Shown: positions 28,867 through 38,185 of the stretch, piece after piece | Layout: each line of letters opens with the position of its first letter | Numbering within the stretch: the first letter of the stretch is position 1 | NCBI GenBank assembly: GCA_018304425.1 | Contig: JAGVWE010000004.1 | Coordinates: forward strand, 64,001 to 128,000 | Length of the DNA stretch: 64,000 nucleotides | Source of the DNA: Candidatus Iainarchaeum sp. | Lineage (GTDB): Archaea > Iainarchaeota > Iainarchaeia > Iainarchaeales > UBA10219 | Direction: 5' to 3' | Notes under the pieces: model-generated | What the model was told of the DNA's origin: nothing | What the model saw: the letters and a program-made list of their open reading frames with translations, nothing else | Databases searched by the model: none | Translations under genes and position numbers: made by a program

Positions 28867-29250
28867 TCACTTCTTGCTCCGGTGCTTCTTTTTCTTCCTG
28901 CAACCATCATGCGGCAACGGCGTCACGTTCTCAATGGACCGGATCCTCAACCCGTTCCTCGTCAGCGAGCGGATGGCGGCCTCGGCTCCCGCGCCCGGCG
29001 CCTTGGGCTTGATGCCGCCCTGGCCCCGCACCCGCACATGGACATCCGTTATGTCCTTTTCCCGGGCCTTGCCCGCCACTACCTCCGCGACCTTCATGGC
29101 CGCGTAAGGCGTTCCCTCCTTGTGCTGGGCCTGCACGACGATGCCGCCCGAGCACTTGGCGATGGTCTCCGAACCCGTTATGTCCGTAAGCAAAATAATG
29201 GTGTTGTTGTGCGATGCAAAAATGTGGACTACGCCGGTCTTTCCCATCAC
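28867..29250 (-). CDS. rps11: 30S ribosomal protein uS11
   Basis: HIFASHNNT, TPYAAM, NVTPLPHDG. Confidence 0.97.
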   Translation of the reverse strand: MMGKTGVVHIFASHNNTIILLTDITGSETIAKCSGGIVVQAQHKEGTPYAAMKVAEVVAGKAREKDITDVHVRVRGQGGIKPKAPGAGAEAAIRSLTRNGLRIRSIENVTPLPHDGCRKKKKHRSKK

Positions 29251-29924
29251 TGCTCACCCTCCGCCTTTTCCGGGGCCTTCCCGGCATCGGCTTCCGCCAG
29301 TTGTTCCTTGACCCGGGCTTCCCGGGCCTTCAAGAACCCGGCACCGCTCTCGCCGGCGGCAACCGCTTCCCCGCCTCCAAGGCCGGCAGCGGCCTCGAAT
29401 TCCGCTTTCAAGCTGCCCTTCTTCTCGGGCTTCGGGGGCTCGAGTTCAGGGGGTTCGCCGTAATACCCCAGGTGAGCTTCCTCGTCCCTGGACACCAGGT
29501 AACCCGGAATGTTGACCCGCTTTCCCTTCACCGCAATGTGGCCGTGCACGATGAACTGCCTGGCCTGATTAATGGTCTTGGCCAGGTTCTTCCGCCACAC
29601 CATGGACTGCAGCCTTCGCTCCAGGATTTCCTCCAACGAAAGCCCCAGGATGTCATCCACCGTGCCCTCGCTCTTCAACAAACCCATCCGCGCGATGCTG
29701 GCCAGCAACTCCTTTTCCCGCACGGCCCGGGTCTCCAACGGCATGCCGAGCAGGGCCCGGGCGTTCTTACGCTTGTCCCTCAAAATCCGCTCCAGCATCC
29801 GGATTTCCCGCTTGTTCTTCAACCCATACAGGCTGAGAATCTTGCGTTCCCGCTCCAGCATGCCCTTGTCCCACGGTCTCCGCGGACTGTCATACTGCTT
29901 CCTTGACTTCTTTGGGTCACCCAT
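29247..29924 (-). CDS. rps4: 30S ribosomal protein uS4
   Basis: MGDPKK, YGLKNKRE, LERRLQ, QARQFIVHGH. Confidence 0.97.
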   Translation of the reverse strand: MGDPKKSRKQYDSPRRPWDKGMLERERKILSLYGLKNKREIRMLERILRDKRKNARALLGMPLETRAVREKELLASIARMGLLKSEGTVDDILGLSLEEILERRLQSMVWRKNLAKTINQARQFIVHGHIAVKGKRVNIPGYLVSRDEEAHLGYYGEPPELEPPKPEKKGSLKAEFEAAAGLGGGEAVAAGESGAGFLKAREARVKEQLAEADAGKAPEKAEGEQ

Positions 29925-29941
29925 TCAAAACACCGCGCACC

Positions 29942-30619
29942 CTACTTTTTCTTCTCCTCTTTCTTTGCCACCGGCGTGCCCGCTGCCGTTGCAGGCCCTG
30001 CCTTGGCCGGCGCCGCGGCCGCCTTGGCGTCCTTCTTCAGCACGCCGACCACCGGGCCCTTGCCCCTATGCGTGGACCGCGTCCGCTGGCCGCGCACCGG
30101 CAGGCCCCACACGTGCCTCAAGCCCTTGTAAGACTTTATTTCGCTCATGAGCTGCAGGTCCTTCCTCAGCGTGAACTCCAGGTCCGTCATCACAATGTGG
30201 GAGTCCTTCCCAGTAAACAAATCCTTTCGCCGGTTGAACGCCCACACGGGCACGCCGTGATTCTGGGGATGCAACACAATGTCTTCCAGCATGGCGTCCT
30301 TGTCTTCCGGCATCTTTCCAAGCAGAACCGAGGCGTTTACGCCCGAAACAGCGTGGAACTTGTCAGCCATCATTTTCGCCATCCGAATGCCAATGCCCCG
30401 GATGCCCTGCAAGGCCCGTTCCACGGGCAGGCTGCCATCCAAGTCCTTTGCCGCAATCCGGACAATGTACCGGATGTCCGCGTGCCCCTCCTTTTCATCG
30501 TGAATCTTTGGGCCAGCGGCCTTGGCCGCTTTATGACCGTCCACGTGCTTGGCGCCTTCCTTTCCGTGGCCTTCCCTTGCCTGTTCCTTGTCCGCGTGCT
30601 TTTCCTTTTCTTTCGCCAT
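29942..30619 (-). CDS. rps13: 30S ribosomal protein uS13
   Basis: IRGIG, NRRKD, GLPVRGQRT; extensions at both ends. Confidence 0.97.
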   Translation of the reverse strand: MAKEKEKHADKEQAREGHGKEGAKHVDGHKAAKAAGPKIHDEKEGHADIRYIVRIAAKDLDGSLPVERALQGIRGIGIRMAKMMADKFHAVSGVNASVLLGKMPEDKDAMLEDIVLHPQNHGVPVWAFNRRKDLFTGKDSHIVMTDLEFTLRKDLQLMSEIKSYKGLRHVWGLPVRGQRTRSTHRGKGPVVGVLKKDAKAAAAPAKAGPATAAGTPVAKKEEKKK

Positions 30620-30622
30620 GCT

Positions 30623-30859
30623 TCATCCCTTTTTCGGTTTTGGTTTCTTTTCCACTTTCGCTTTTCCCTTGAAGGCGAACTCGCTTGCCTTCGCCTTTTC
30701 CGGGGTAAGCAACAAATGCAGGGGGTTCACTTTCCTCCTTCGGACATGCGGGCCCTCAATGACCACGCCGCCCTTGCCGGCCTCGACGATGACCGCCTTT
30801 CGCCCGGCCTCCCGGCCCCGCAGCTTAACGCAAACCCTTCCAGTTTCCAGTGCCGGCAT
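30623..30859 (-). CDS. rpl14e: 50S ribosomal protein eL14
   Basis: GRVCVKLRGREAG, RRRKVNPLHL. Confidence 0.92.
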   Translation of the reverse strand: MPALETGRVCVKLRGREAGRKAVIVEAGKGGVVIEGPHVRRRKVNPLHLLLTPEKAKASEFAFKGKAKVEKKPKPKKG

Positions 30860-30870
30860 GTTTTATCCCT

Positions 30871-31212
30871 TCACTCCACCCTTGCCATGGCTTCCAACAC
30901 GAAGGGCTTCAAAGACAATTCAACCGCTTCCGCGGCCTTGAACCCCGACTTCACTTTCGCGGCCTCTTCGACCGCCGTGGCCCTGCACCGGGTGCACAGC
31001 TTGCCAGCGAACAAAGCGCTCGGCCTCCGCTGGCTCCTGCTCAACGCCCGCGTGCCCGCAACGCCCTTCGAGTGCGGCACGCCATGCAGCAACCCGCCGC
31101 AGTACGCGCAATGATGCCGGCCGGACTTGCCCCTGATATACGTTACGCGGGCCGCCCCGCCCGGGCTCCGGTAAAACTTTTTCTTCGACGTCCTTTCATG
31201 TGGCACCGGCAT
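30871..31212 (-). CDS. rpl34e: 50S ribosomal protein eL34
   Basis: RSPGG, CAYCG.LLHGV, LCTRC. Confidence 0.9.
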   Translation of the reverse strand: MPVPHERTSKKKFYRSPGGAARVTYIRGKSGRHHCAYCGGLLHGVPHSKGVAGTRALSRSQRRPSALFAGKLCTRCRATAVEEAAKVKSGFKAAEAVELSLKPFVLEAMARVE

Positions 31213-31225
31213 AAACTTCACACCA

Positions 31226-31702
31226 TCATTTTTTCTTCAACACTTTTTCGCGCAAGCCCAGGGCCGCGTTCAACGCCAGGCTTGTGACCAGCGAGCACAG
31301 CACGTACCAGCCAATCCAGTTGGTTTCCGAGTAAAGCTTCACCGACCAGTTTTCCCCAAACCACGGAATGGGGAACGGCAACTGGATGACGGCCGCCTTG
31401 TAGGCTTCCCCAAGGAACCAAAACAAGGGAATAATGAACAGCATCGAGAACATCATCATCCTCGTGGAACCCTTCATCATCTTTCCCATTTCCTCCATCA
31501 ACTCTTTTTCAAGCGCCTCCAACTCATTCTTCGACTTTGCATCGCTCTTGTTCGCCAATTCCTTCATTCTTTCCTGGTGTTTCTTGATTTTTTCCTGCCG
31601 CTGCTTGGTTTCCTCCTTCGGCATCACCTTCCGCTGCACGAAGTTGGACGCGAGGGAAACACCCACCGCAGCCAAGGCAAGGTCCACCTGGGGATCAAAC
31701 AC
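31226..31702 (-). CDS. EMC3/TMCO1 (DUF106, Oxa1 superfamily) membrane protein
   Basis: TM, coiled coil, TM; LPFPIP; WIGWYVLCS; position after secY. Confidence 0.9.
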   Translation of the reverse strand: MFDPQVDLALAAVGVSLASNFVQRKVMPKEETKQRQEKIKKHQERMKELANKSDAKSKNELEALEKELMEEMGKMMKGSTRMMMFSMLFIIPLFWFLGEAYKAAVIQLPFPIPWFGENWSVKLYSETNWIGWYVLCSLVTSLALNAALGLREKVLKKK

Positions 31703-31827
31703 CCTGAAAACCCCCAAAAACCGGCCAAACGGCGCTTAAAGCAGGGAATCCTGTAGTATACTGCCATGGCAACCTATTTAAACCATTCCTCGTCGCCTTC
31801 CAAACCGCCTTGTATTGCTTCATACCC

Positions 31828-33234
31828 TCAACCCTGTCCAAACAGTTTTCCCAGCAGGGGATGCATTTCCATCAACTGCAGCCGAGCCAGTTCCTCGTAC
31901 AGCCGGTACACGATTCCCACCGTCAACAATATCCCGGTGCCCGACCCCAGTGCCCCGGTCAAGTCAGCGAAACCCGACAACAAGCCCACGAACGCCGAGC
32001 CCAGGATGCTGATGGGCGGAATATACCGTTCCAGCACCCTCCGGATGACCCTTGGATCGCGCCTGAAACCCGGAATCATCATGCCTGCCTTGTCCAACTG
32101 CTGGGACACGGCTTCCGGCCCCTGGTTGGCCATGTCAATCCAGAACCGGCCGAACAACACGCACACCACCGTCAACACGACAATGTACAGGAGGGCATGC
32201 AATACCAGGCCCCCGCTGCCAACAAATTGCAGGCGCACCACGCTTTGAGCGATTTCGTTGAACACGGACAGCCCCGCGCCCTGCAGGAACAGCCGCTCGA
32301 TGAAGCCATTGGGTGGCTGGACGACGGCCGCAACCCCGCTCAAGGCCATGCCCAGCACCGGCGTGTTCTTGGCCAGTTCGGCCCACAACCGGACGTTGGC
32401 AAACAACGCCACTGCCAGGATGACCGGCATGTTCGAAACGTACAAGAACTTTACGGGAAACCTTCCACCCGTGCCCTTCCGGCCCATCGTAATCGGGATG
32501 TTGACGTGGATGCCTTCCGCAAACGTAACCACGAAGAACACGATCAGCGTGAAGAGCAAAGGCATGATGGAAATCAGGGCCGCACCGAAGTCGCCCGCAC
32601 CCAGGTAGTCAATGAAGACGAACAACAGGCCCTTGAGCAAGCCGCCCCGGGTCGGCGGCAGGAACACCCGCCACACGATGTCGGCCGCGACCCCCGCCGC
32701 GATGAACAAGCTGATGCCGGAGCCGATCCCGTACTTGGACACCACTTCGTCCAAGTACATCAGCAAAATCGAGCCAAAGGCAATCTGTGCCACGACCAGG
32801 GGAAACATGCCCTCCAAGGGGTAAACCAGGCCGGAAAACACGTAGACCCCGGCCTCGAAGAACGACAATACCAGGGTGAGCAGCTTCTGCATGCCCGTGA
32901 ACTTGGCCTTGTCCTCTTTTTGCGTGACATCCAGTTCAATGATTTTCGCGCCGACCAGCAACTGCAGGATGATGGAGGCCAGGACAATGGGCCCGATTCC
33001 AACGGTTATCAGGGAGCCCACGCTGCTCGCCAAAATCACCTGCAACTGCTCCAGCTGCCCGCCAGCGGACTTGGCCACGTCAATGCCTATCACGTTGATG
33101 TTGCCCATGACGTAGAAGAGGCCCAGCACAACCGCGGTCCACATGAGCTTGGTCTTCAGCGGCGGCTGCACTTCCGGGTGCCGCACCTCTGGCAGCAAAC
33201 TGTAAATTGGCACGAAAAAATCGATTGCGCCCAT
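31828..33234 (-). CDS. secY: Protein translocase SecY
   Basis: GIGPIVLASI, GIGSGISLFI, IPGFRRD, GTGILL. Confidence 0.98.
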   Translation of the reverse strand: MGAIDFFVPIYSLLPEVRHPEVQPPLKTKLMWTAVVLGLFYVMGNINVIGIDVAKSAGGQLEQLQVILASSVGSLITVGIGPIVLASIILQLLVGAKIIELDVTQKEDKAKFTGMQKLLTLVLSFFEAGVYVFSGLVYPLEGMFPLVVAQIAFGSILLMYLDEVVSKYGIGSGISLFIAAGVAADIVWRVFLPPTRGGLLKGLLFVFIDYLGAGDFGAALISIMPLLFTLIVFFVVTFAEGIHVNIPITMGRKGTGGRFPVKFLYVSNMPVILAVALFANVRLWAELAKNTPVLGMALSGVAAVVQPPNGFIERLFLQGAGLSVFNEIAQSVVRLQFVGSGGLVLHALLYIVVLTVVCVLFGRFWIDMANQGPEAVSQQLDKAGMMIPGFRRDPRVIRRVLERYIPPISILGSAFVGLLSGFADLTGALGSGTGILLTVGIVYRLYEELARLQLMEMHPLLGKLFGQG

Positions 33235-33728
33235 TACTTGGCTCCCTCCGCTTCTTCCGCACCCTCTTCCTCGGCCTCGAATTCCTCGTCCTCTTCAGAG
33301 GAAGCGGCTTCTCCGCCGACGCTGCCACCGGCTTCCACGATTTTTTCCTTCGCGCCTTCGCTGACCGCAATGTTTGAAAGCACAAGTTTTTCCGCCACAG
33401 CGCCCCGGCCGAGGATTTTTCCTATGCCGACCTTTTTGCCATCCACCAGCACCTGGCCGCCCCTGCGCTCGGCCCGCTTTTCCGCAATCCATTTTGGCAG
33501 CAACCGGACGAAGTCCGCGAGGTTCAAGGCCTTCGGCTTGGGTTTCGGCTTCAACGTCACCTTCACTCCGAACGTCATCCAATAGCTCGTGAACTTGTGC
33601 TTGTGGCTTCCCGCCCGGCCCATTCCGCCACGTGCTCCCTTTCCGCGTGCGTTCTTGGTGTTTCCGTGGCCGTGGAACCGCTTGCCCCTCAACTTGTTGA
33701 CCCTGCGCCTTCTCCTGACCGTCATCAC
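33234..33728 (-). CDS. rpl15: 50S ribosomal protein uL15
   Basis: RGKGARGGMGRAG, KILGRG; acidic tail. Confidence 0.96.
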   Translation of the reverse strand: MMTVRRRRRVNKLRGKRFHGHGNTKNARGKGARGGMGRAGSHKHKFTSYWMTFGVKVTLKPKPKPKALNLADFVRLLPKWIAEKRAERRGGQVLVDGKKVGIGKILGRGAVAEKLVLSNIAVSEGAKEKIVEAGGSVGGEAASSEEDEEFEAEEEGAEEAEGAK

Positions 33729-34195
33729 ATCATCCTCTCAACGAGTTCATTGATTTCCTTGCCCCGGTAGCCGAGGGCGCCGCCCAGGTTATAGGCCTTC
33801 TTGATGCCGCCCCGCTCAAAGCCCTTGGACGGGGGGTTCAAGCGGAAAACCCCTTTCACGCCGAAGTCTTCCACGCGCTTCTTCCCGGCCAAAACGGTTT
33901 CAGCCAACTCTTTGAAGTCCTTCAGCTTGTGCTGCTTGAGGAACTCGGCAGTCAACCGCTTGTTTCCAAGCAGCCGCCCCCGCTTTTCCAGCAACCCAGC
34001 CAGGGCTCCGGCCGAAACCTCTCCAAACGTCACATAGGATTCCACCTTATTCACCATGGCCCTCGAAGCCGGGTCTTCCCGCACCAGCACCAGGTGGTTG
34101 TCCCGGTCCAGCCTCAGCAACTCCAGCGTCCGCCGGTGCTCCGGCCTGACTTTCACGTTTCCCCTGACCCTTACAACGGCATACATGACCATCAC
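33725..34195 (-). CDS. rpl30: 50S ribosomal protein uL30
   Basis: AVVRVRG, FRLNPPSKG, GALGYRG. Confidence 0.96.
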   Translation of the reverse strand: MMVMYAVVRVRGNVKVRPEHRRTLELLRLDRDNHLVLVREDPASRAMVNKVESYVTFGEVSAGALAGLLEKRGRLLGNKRLTAEFLKQHKLKDFKELAETVLAGKKRVEDFGVKGVFRLNPPSKGFERGGIKKAYNLGGALGYRGKEINELVERMM

Positions 34196-34923
34196 TTCTC
34201 GCCCTTGGACCTGAGGTCCTCCGAAATACGCATCCGCGTGACCCGGTTCAACGCATCAATGGTTGCCAACACGAAGTTGAGCTTGGTGCCCGTGCTGCCC
34301 CGGGTCTTGCACCAGGTGTCCTTCACGCCCGCAAACCGCAGCACGTCCTTGATGTTCTCGCCGGCCACGAGCCCGGTTCCCTTTGGCGCGGGAATCAAGG
34401 TGACACGCACCGAACCAGACTTCCCGGTAATCTTCACCGGAACCGAGTGATTGGTTCCGCACATGCACTCCCACGAGCCACACCCCTTCCTGACCCGAAA
34501 GAGGTTGAGTTTCGCGTCCCTCGTGGCCTTCCGCACTGCCGGCCAGCGCTCCCGGTCCTTCGAAACACCCAAGCCCACGAAACTCGTCTTATCGCCTATG
34601 AGCATGGCAACGCGGAATGCGAACTGCCTTCCAGCCATCCGCACCCTGGCCGTCTTCTTGAAGTCCACCATTTTTACCTCGAGCTCGGGAACCAGGGTAT
34701 CAACGATTTCCGGCTCCATGATGGCCAAACCCCGGTCCAGCACCATGTCCAGCGACGTTATCTCCTGGTTCCTGACCAGCCTACCCGTCTCGGTCTTGGG
34801 CACCCAGTTGGCCAGCCGCTTTTCCTTGTCGGCCGCGCGGTTCAACGCTTCCTCCACCAGTTGCCTTTCCTCTCTTGAAGCCTTCGGATTTCTGCCGGTT
34901 CTCTTTTTTTCAACCATGTTCAT
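34192..34923 (-). CDS. rps5: 30S ribosomal protein uS5
   Basis: WVPKT, GCGSWEC, PAPKGTGL. Confidence 0.97.
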   Translation of the reverse strand: MNMVEKKRTGRNPKASREERQLVEEALNRAADKEKRLANWVPKTETGRLVRNQEITSLDMVLDRGLAIMEPEIVDTLVPELEVKMVDFKKTARVRMAGRQFAFRVAMLIGDKTSFVGLGVSKDRERWPAVRKATRDAKLNLFRVRKGCGSWECMCGTNHSVPVKITGKSGSVRVTLIPAPKGTGLVAGENIKDVLRFAGVKDTWCKTRGSTGTKLNFVLATIDALNRVTRMRISEDLRSKGEK

Positions 34924-35405
34924 CCACCATACTTCGCGTCAATCTCTTTCTTGACCAGTTCAAACAATTGCGTCGCGTCCCCGCCCAAGTGCTTTCCCGT
35001 GGCCCTCTCATCGGAAGGAAAAACCTCTTTGTCGCATGCCACGCCCACGCCGCTGTCCACGACGCCCCGCAACACGGCAAAAATTGTCGAGCCATGCACC
35101 GGCGTAAGCAAGCCAATGTCCAGCACCGCTTCCAGGAGGCTCTGTTTCTTGGCCTTCTTACCGCACAAGTAACCGGTCAAATAGGCGGCCGGCAGGTTGC
35201 CCGTGTGCCGGGTCCAACCCAGTTTTCTGAGTTCACTGGACTGCGCCATGACCAGGCACTCATCCCCCACCTGGGAGTTGTTGTTGGTTTTCCTCACCCC
35301 CAACCGCAGCTTCCCCGACTTGAGCAAAGCCAACCGCTTCTTATAGTTCGTGCGCTCCTCGCGCCTCCGCCGGAACGGCATCGCATACGTGTTGATCTCG
35401 GTCAT
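34920..35405 (-). CDS. rpl18: 50S ribosomal protein uL18
   Basis: RRRREERTNYKKRL, NLPAAYLTG, LDIGL; start reassigned to ATG 35405. Confidence 0.96.
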   Translation of the reverse strand: MTEINTYAMPFRRRREERTNYKKRLALLKSGKLRLGVRKTNNNSQVGDECLVMAQSSELRKLGWTRHTGNLPAAYLTGYLCGKKAKKQSLLEAVLDIGLLTPVHGSTIFAVLRGVVDSGVGVACDKEVFPSDERATGKHLGGDATQLFELVKKEIDAKYGG

Positions 35406-35473
35406 TCCGAACCACCCTTTATGCCACTTGGTTCGGAATATTTCGAACCAATCCTGCATTCATTGTTCGAAAT
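35404..35473 (-). promoter_or_regulatory. Two tandem related hairpins upstream of uL18; the second covers the SD and start codon
   Basis: AUUUCGAAC.../...GUUCGAAAU, then AUUCCGAACCA/UGGUUCGGAAU(G). Confidence 0.6.
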
Positions 35474-35476
35474 CAT

Positions 35477-35926
35477 TTATTTACCGCCACCCGTCGCCAG
35501 TTGCTCCAACTGCTTTTTTCCCTTGAAATAACCGCCTTTAACCATGTTATACAGTTTCGCGTACGTGAACTCGCCCTTCAGCTGGTCCTCCGCCCGCAGC
35601 TTCCGCAGGACGGCCCTTTGCGCGCGCACGTTCGCAATCCACCGAAGCCGCTGCTTGACCCGCGCCTTCTTGGTGCCCGAGCGCTTGCCTTCCCCGGACT
35701 TCCGGCCCTTCCGCTTCTTGGCCTGCAACACCCGGGCCCTGCCGCGGCTGTGCCCTGACTCCTTCTTCCACCGGATGACGCCGTCCTTGATGAGCAGCCG
35801 CACGTCTTCCTTGGTCATGGCTTCCTTCAAGCGGTCCAAGGCATCCGGGCTGATCCAAATCTTGGACTTCCCGCACTTCAAAACCGATGCCGCCAGTCTC
35901 CTGAGCTTGTTTGCCTGCATACCCAT
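35477..35926 (-). CDS. rpl19e: 50S ribosomal protein eL19
   Basis: RRLAASVLKCG, SRGRAR, KGGYF. Confidence 0.96.
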   Translation of the reverse strand: MGMQANKLRRLAASVLKCGKSKIWISPDALDRLKEAMTKEDVRLLIKDGVIRWKKESGHSRGRARVLQAKKRKGRKSGEGKRSGTKKARVKQRLRWIANVRAQRAVLRKLRAEDQLKGEFTYAKLYNMVKGGYFKGKKQLEQLATGGGK

Positions 35927-35930
35927 CCAC

Positions 35931-36467
35931 CTAGTTGACTACCCTCAATCCCAACTCCAACGCTTTTTCCCTGATGGCAATCCGCTTCTTTCGTCCCACG
36001 TTGCCGTCAATCCGTATTACCCGGTCCTTGACGCCCGCCAACTGCGCCGGGTTCGCCACCAACGCCTCAAGCAAGCCCTGGGGGTGCAGGTTCCTGAATG
36101 CCTTCGGCGTGCGGTAGCCAATCTTCACCCAGGCCCCGTCATCGCGCTTGAACAGGGTGTCCATGCCCCGCGGCTTCCGCCACTTAGCCCACTTCTCCAA
36201 CGAAATCCGGCGCTTGTATTTCTCGCCAAACCGTCCCCTGAACGTCGGGTGCCGCCTGAGGTGGGCCAACACCGCCTGCAATTTCCGCAGTTCCTTGGAA
36301 AGCTTCAGCTTCACCTTCTTATGCCGGTGCTCGGCCCGCTTCTGCCTGCGCTTGCCTGCTTCCCGTGGCTTTTTGTCGGCCTTTGGCTTGGCCGTTGCAT
36401 GCGTTGCCGCCATGGGCTTCTTCCCATGCGCCTTGCCCTTGTCCTTCGTTGCTTTCGCCATAACCAT
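35931..36467 (-). CDS. rpl32e: 50S ribosomal protein eL32
   Basis: WRKPRG, IGYRTP, LHPQG; long basic N-terminal extension. Confidence 0.94.
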   Translation of the reverse strand: MVMAKATKDKGKAHGKKPMAATHATAKPKADKKPREAGKRRQKRAEHRHKKVKLKLSKELRKLQAVLAHLRRHPTFRGRFGEKYKRRISLEKWAKWRKPRGMDTLFKRDDGAWVKIGYRTPKAFRNLHPQGLLEALVANPAQLAGVKDRVIRIDGNVGRKKRIAIREKALELGLRVVN

Positions 36468-36471
36468 TCCC

Positions 36472-37020
36472 CTACTTCTTCACTCCCTTGTACGCAATGT
36501 AAATGCCGTCCTGGAACACCCGGATGTCCTTGCCCTTGATGCGCGTGGCCCGCTCCATGTTGGCAGCCGTCTGCCCAACGGCTTCCCGGTCCACGCCGCG
36601 CACCAGGATGTCCTTTCCCTTGATTTCGACCCTGGTGTCCTTGCCCACGATAGGCGATTTCACCGGGTGCTTGGCCCCGCCCACGTTCACGATTTCAACG
36701 GCATTCCCCGTAACCTTCACCGAAATCGGGAAGTGCGAGTACACGATTTCCAGCCGGTACTCGTAACCCTGCTTCAAGCCCGCCACCATGTTCTCGATAT
36801 GCGAAGCCACGGAACGCAGGATGGCACGCTTCTTCTTCTTGTCCTGGTCCATTTTGACCATGACGCTGTTCTCCCGCTTCTCCAGCGACAGGCCAGGCCC
36901 CTTGAATACGCGCACCACTTCCTTGCCGCCGGCCCGCACCTTCAAGGTGTTGCCGGTCAGCTCGGCCTGGACATCCTGGGGCAATGCCACGATTATCTCC
37001 GTTCCACTCGCCATAAACAT
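36472..37020 (-). CDS. rpl6: 50S ribosomal protein uL6
   Basis: YSHFPI, VGQTAAN, DIRVFQDGIY. Confidence 0.96.
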   Translation of the reverse strand: MFMASGTEIIVALPQDVQAELTGNTLKVRAGGKEVVRVFKGPGLSLEKRENSVMVKMDQDKKKKRAILRSVASHIENMVAGLKQGYEYRLEIVYSHFPISVKVTGNAVEIVNVGGAKHPVKSPIVGKDTRVEIKGKDILVRGVDREAVGQTAANMERATRIKGKDIRVFQDGIYIAYKGVKK

Positions 37021-37024
37021 CCCC

Positions 37025-37417
37025 TTAGTATACGTAGGCCAGCAGCCTCCCACCAATGCCGCGCTTCTTGGCATCGGCATGCGTGAAAACCCCTTGGGGC
37101 GTGGAAACAATGATGGTTCCGATGTCCACGCTCGGCAGATACCGTTTCTCGAACTTCTCAAACTCGTCCTTCGCGACGGCATACCGGGGCTTGATGGCCT
37201 TGCACTCGTTTATCTTGCCCAACAAGGTAATCTTGTAGAGGCCTTCCCTTCCGTCATCCACCAACTCGTACGTGGAAATATAGCGTTTCTCCTGCATGAC
37301 CCGCAGGATTTCGCCCAGCAACCGGGAAGCCGGTCTTACCATGCACAACCGCTTGGACACCCCCTCATGGTTCTTGATGTTGATGAGGGCATCCGCCAAT
37401 GGGTCCGTTCTCGTCAT
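37025..37417 (-). CDS. rps8: 30S ribosomal protein uS8
   Basis: DPLADAL, IKPR, GGRLLAYVY. Confidence 0.97.
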   Translation of the reverse strand: MTRTDPLADALINIKNHEGVSKRLCMVRPASRLLGEILRVMQEKRYISTYELVDDGREGLYKITLLGKINECKAIKPRYAVAKDEFEKFEKRYLPSVDIGTIIVSTPQGVFTHADAKKRGIGGRLLAYVY

Positions 37418-37438
37418 GTTCCATTCCACCTTTACGCA

Positions 37439-37630
37439 TTAATCATACTTCTGGAAACCAATCTGCAACGCGAAGTCCTTGAAGCAACGCCGGCACAAGC
37501 CAATGCGGTACTTGCTGATCAAACCCTTCGAGTTACCGCACCGCCGGCAAGCCTTTTCCTTGCCCTTTCCCTTGCGGGGTTTCGTCCGGTTCAAGGGCTT
37601 CTGCTTCTGGATGATTTCCCGTTGCATCAT
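37439..37630 (-). CDS. rps14: 30S ribosomal protein uS14
   Basis: CRRCG..LCRRCF..GFQKY. Confidence 0.96.
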   Translation of the reverse strand: MMQREIIQKQKPLNRTKPRKGKGKEKACRRCGNSKGLISKYRIGLCRRCFKDFALQIGFQKYD

Positions 37631-38185
37631 TTATTTCACTTCCACTCCAAACCTCGTTGAAACAAACTCCACTGCCTCGGCCTTCGAAACCGCGTGATGC
37701 CTTGGAATGCGCTTCTTGGCCAGCTTCCTGCGCTTGACGCGGTAACCCGGCCTTTCCAGGGCAATCAGCACGTCAAAGCCCCGGATGCCAAGCTTCGGGT
37801 CATACTTGGTCCCGGGCAGGTCAATGTACTCCTTGATCCCGAAACCGAAGTTGCCGTGCAAGTCAAAGTTCTTCGCCGCCAACTTGTTTTCCCTGGCCTG
37901 CAACGCGCGCTTCAGGAACTCGATGGCCCGTTCATCCCGTAAGGTGACCTTGCACCCAATCGTCAAGCCCGGTCGGATCTCCCAGGTCGGGTTTTTGACC
38001 TTGCACACCGTCAGCAAGGGCTTCATGTTGGTGAGCCGCTGCATGATGGTCTCGGCCTTCTTAAGCTCTTCCCCCGTCTGCCCAACCCCCATGTTCACGG
38101 TGACCTTCGCTATCCGGATCTCCCGCATCGGGTTGCCCGCAATGGGCGCCTGCCGCTGTTCCACCATCGCTTCCATGTCCATCAC
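37631..38185 (-). CDS. rpl5: 50S ribosomal protein uL5
   Basis: NPMREI, IGCKVTLR, GNFGFGIKE. Confidence 0.97.
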   Translation of the reverse strand: MMDMEAMVEQRQAPIAGNPMREIRIAKVTVNMGVGQTGEELKKAETIMQRLTNMKPLLTVCKVKNPTWEIRPGLTIGCKVTLRDERAIEFLKRALQARENKLAAKNFDLHGNFGFGIKEYIDLPGTKYDPKLGIRGFDVLIALERPGYRVKRRKLAKKRIPRHHAVSKAEAVEFVSTRFGVEVK

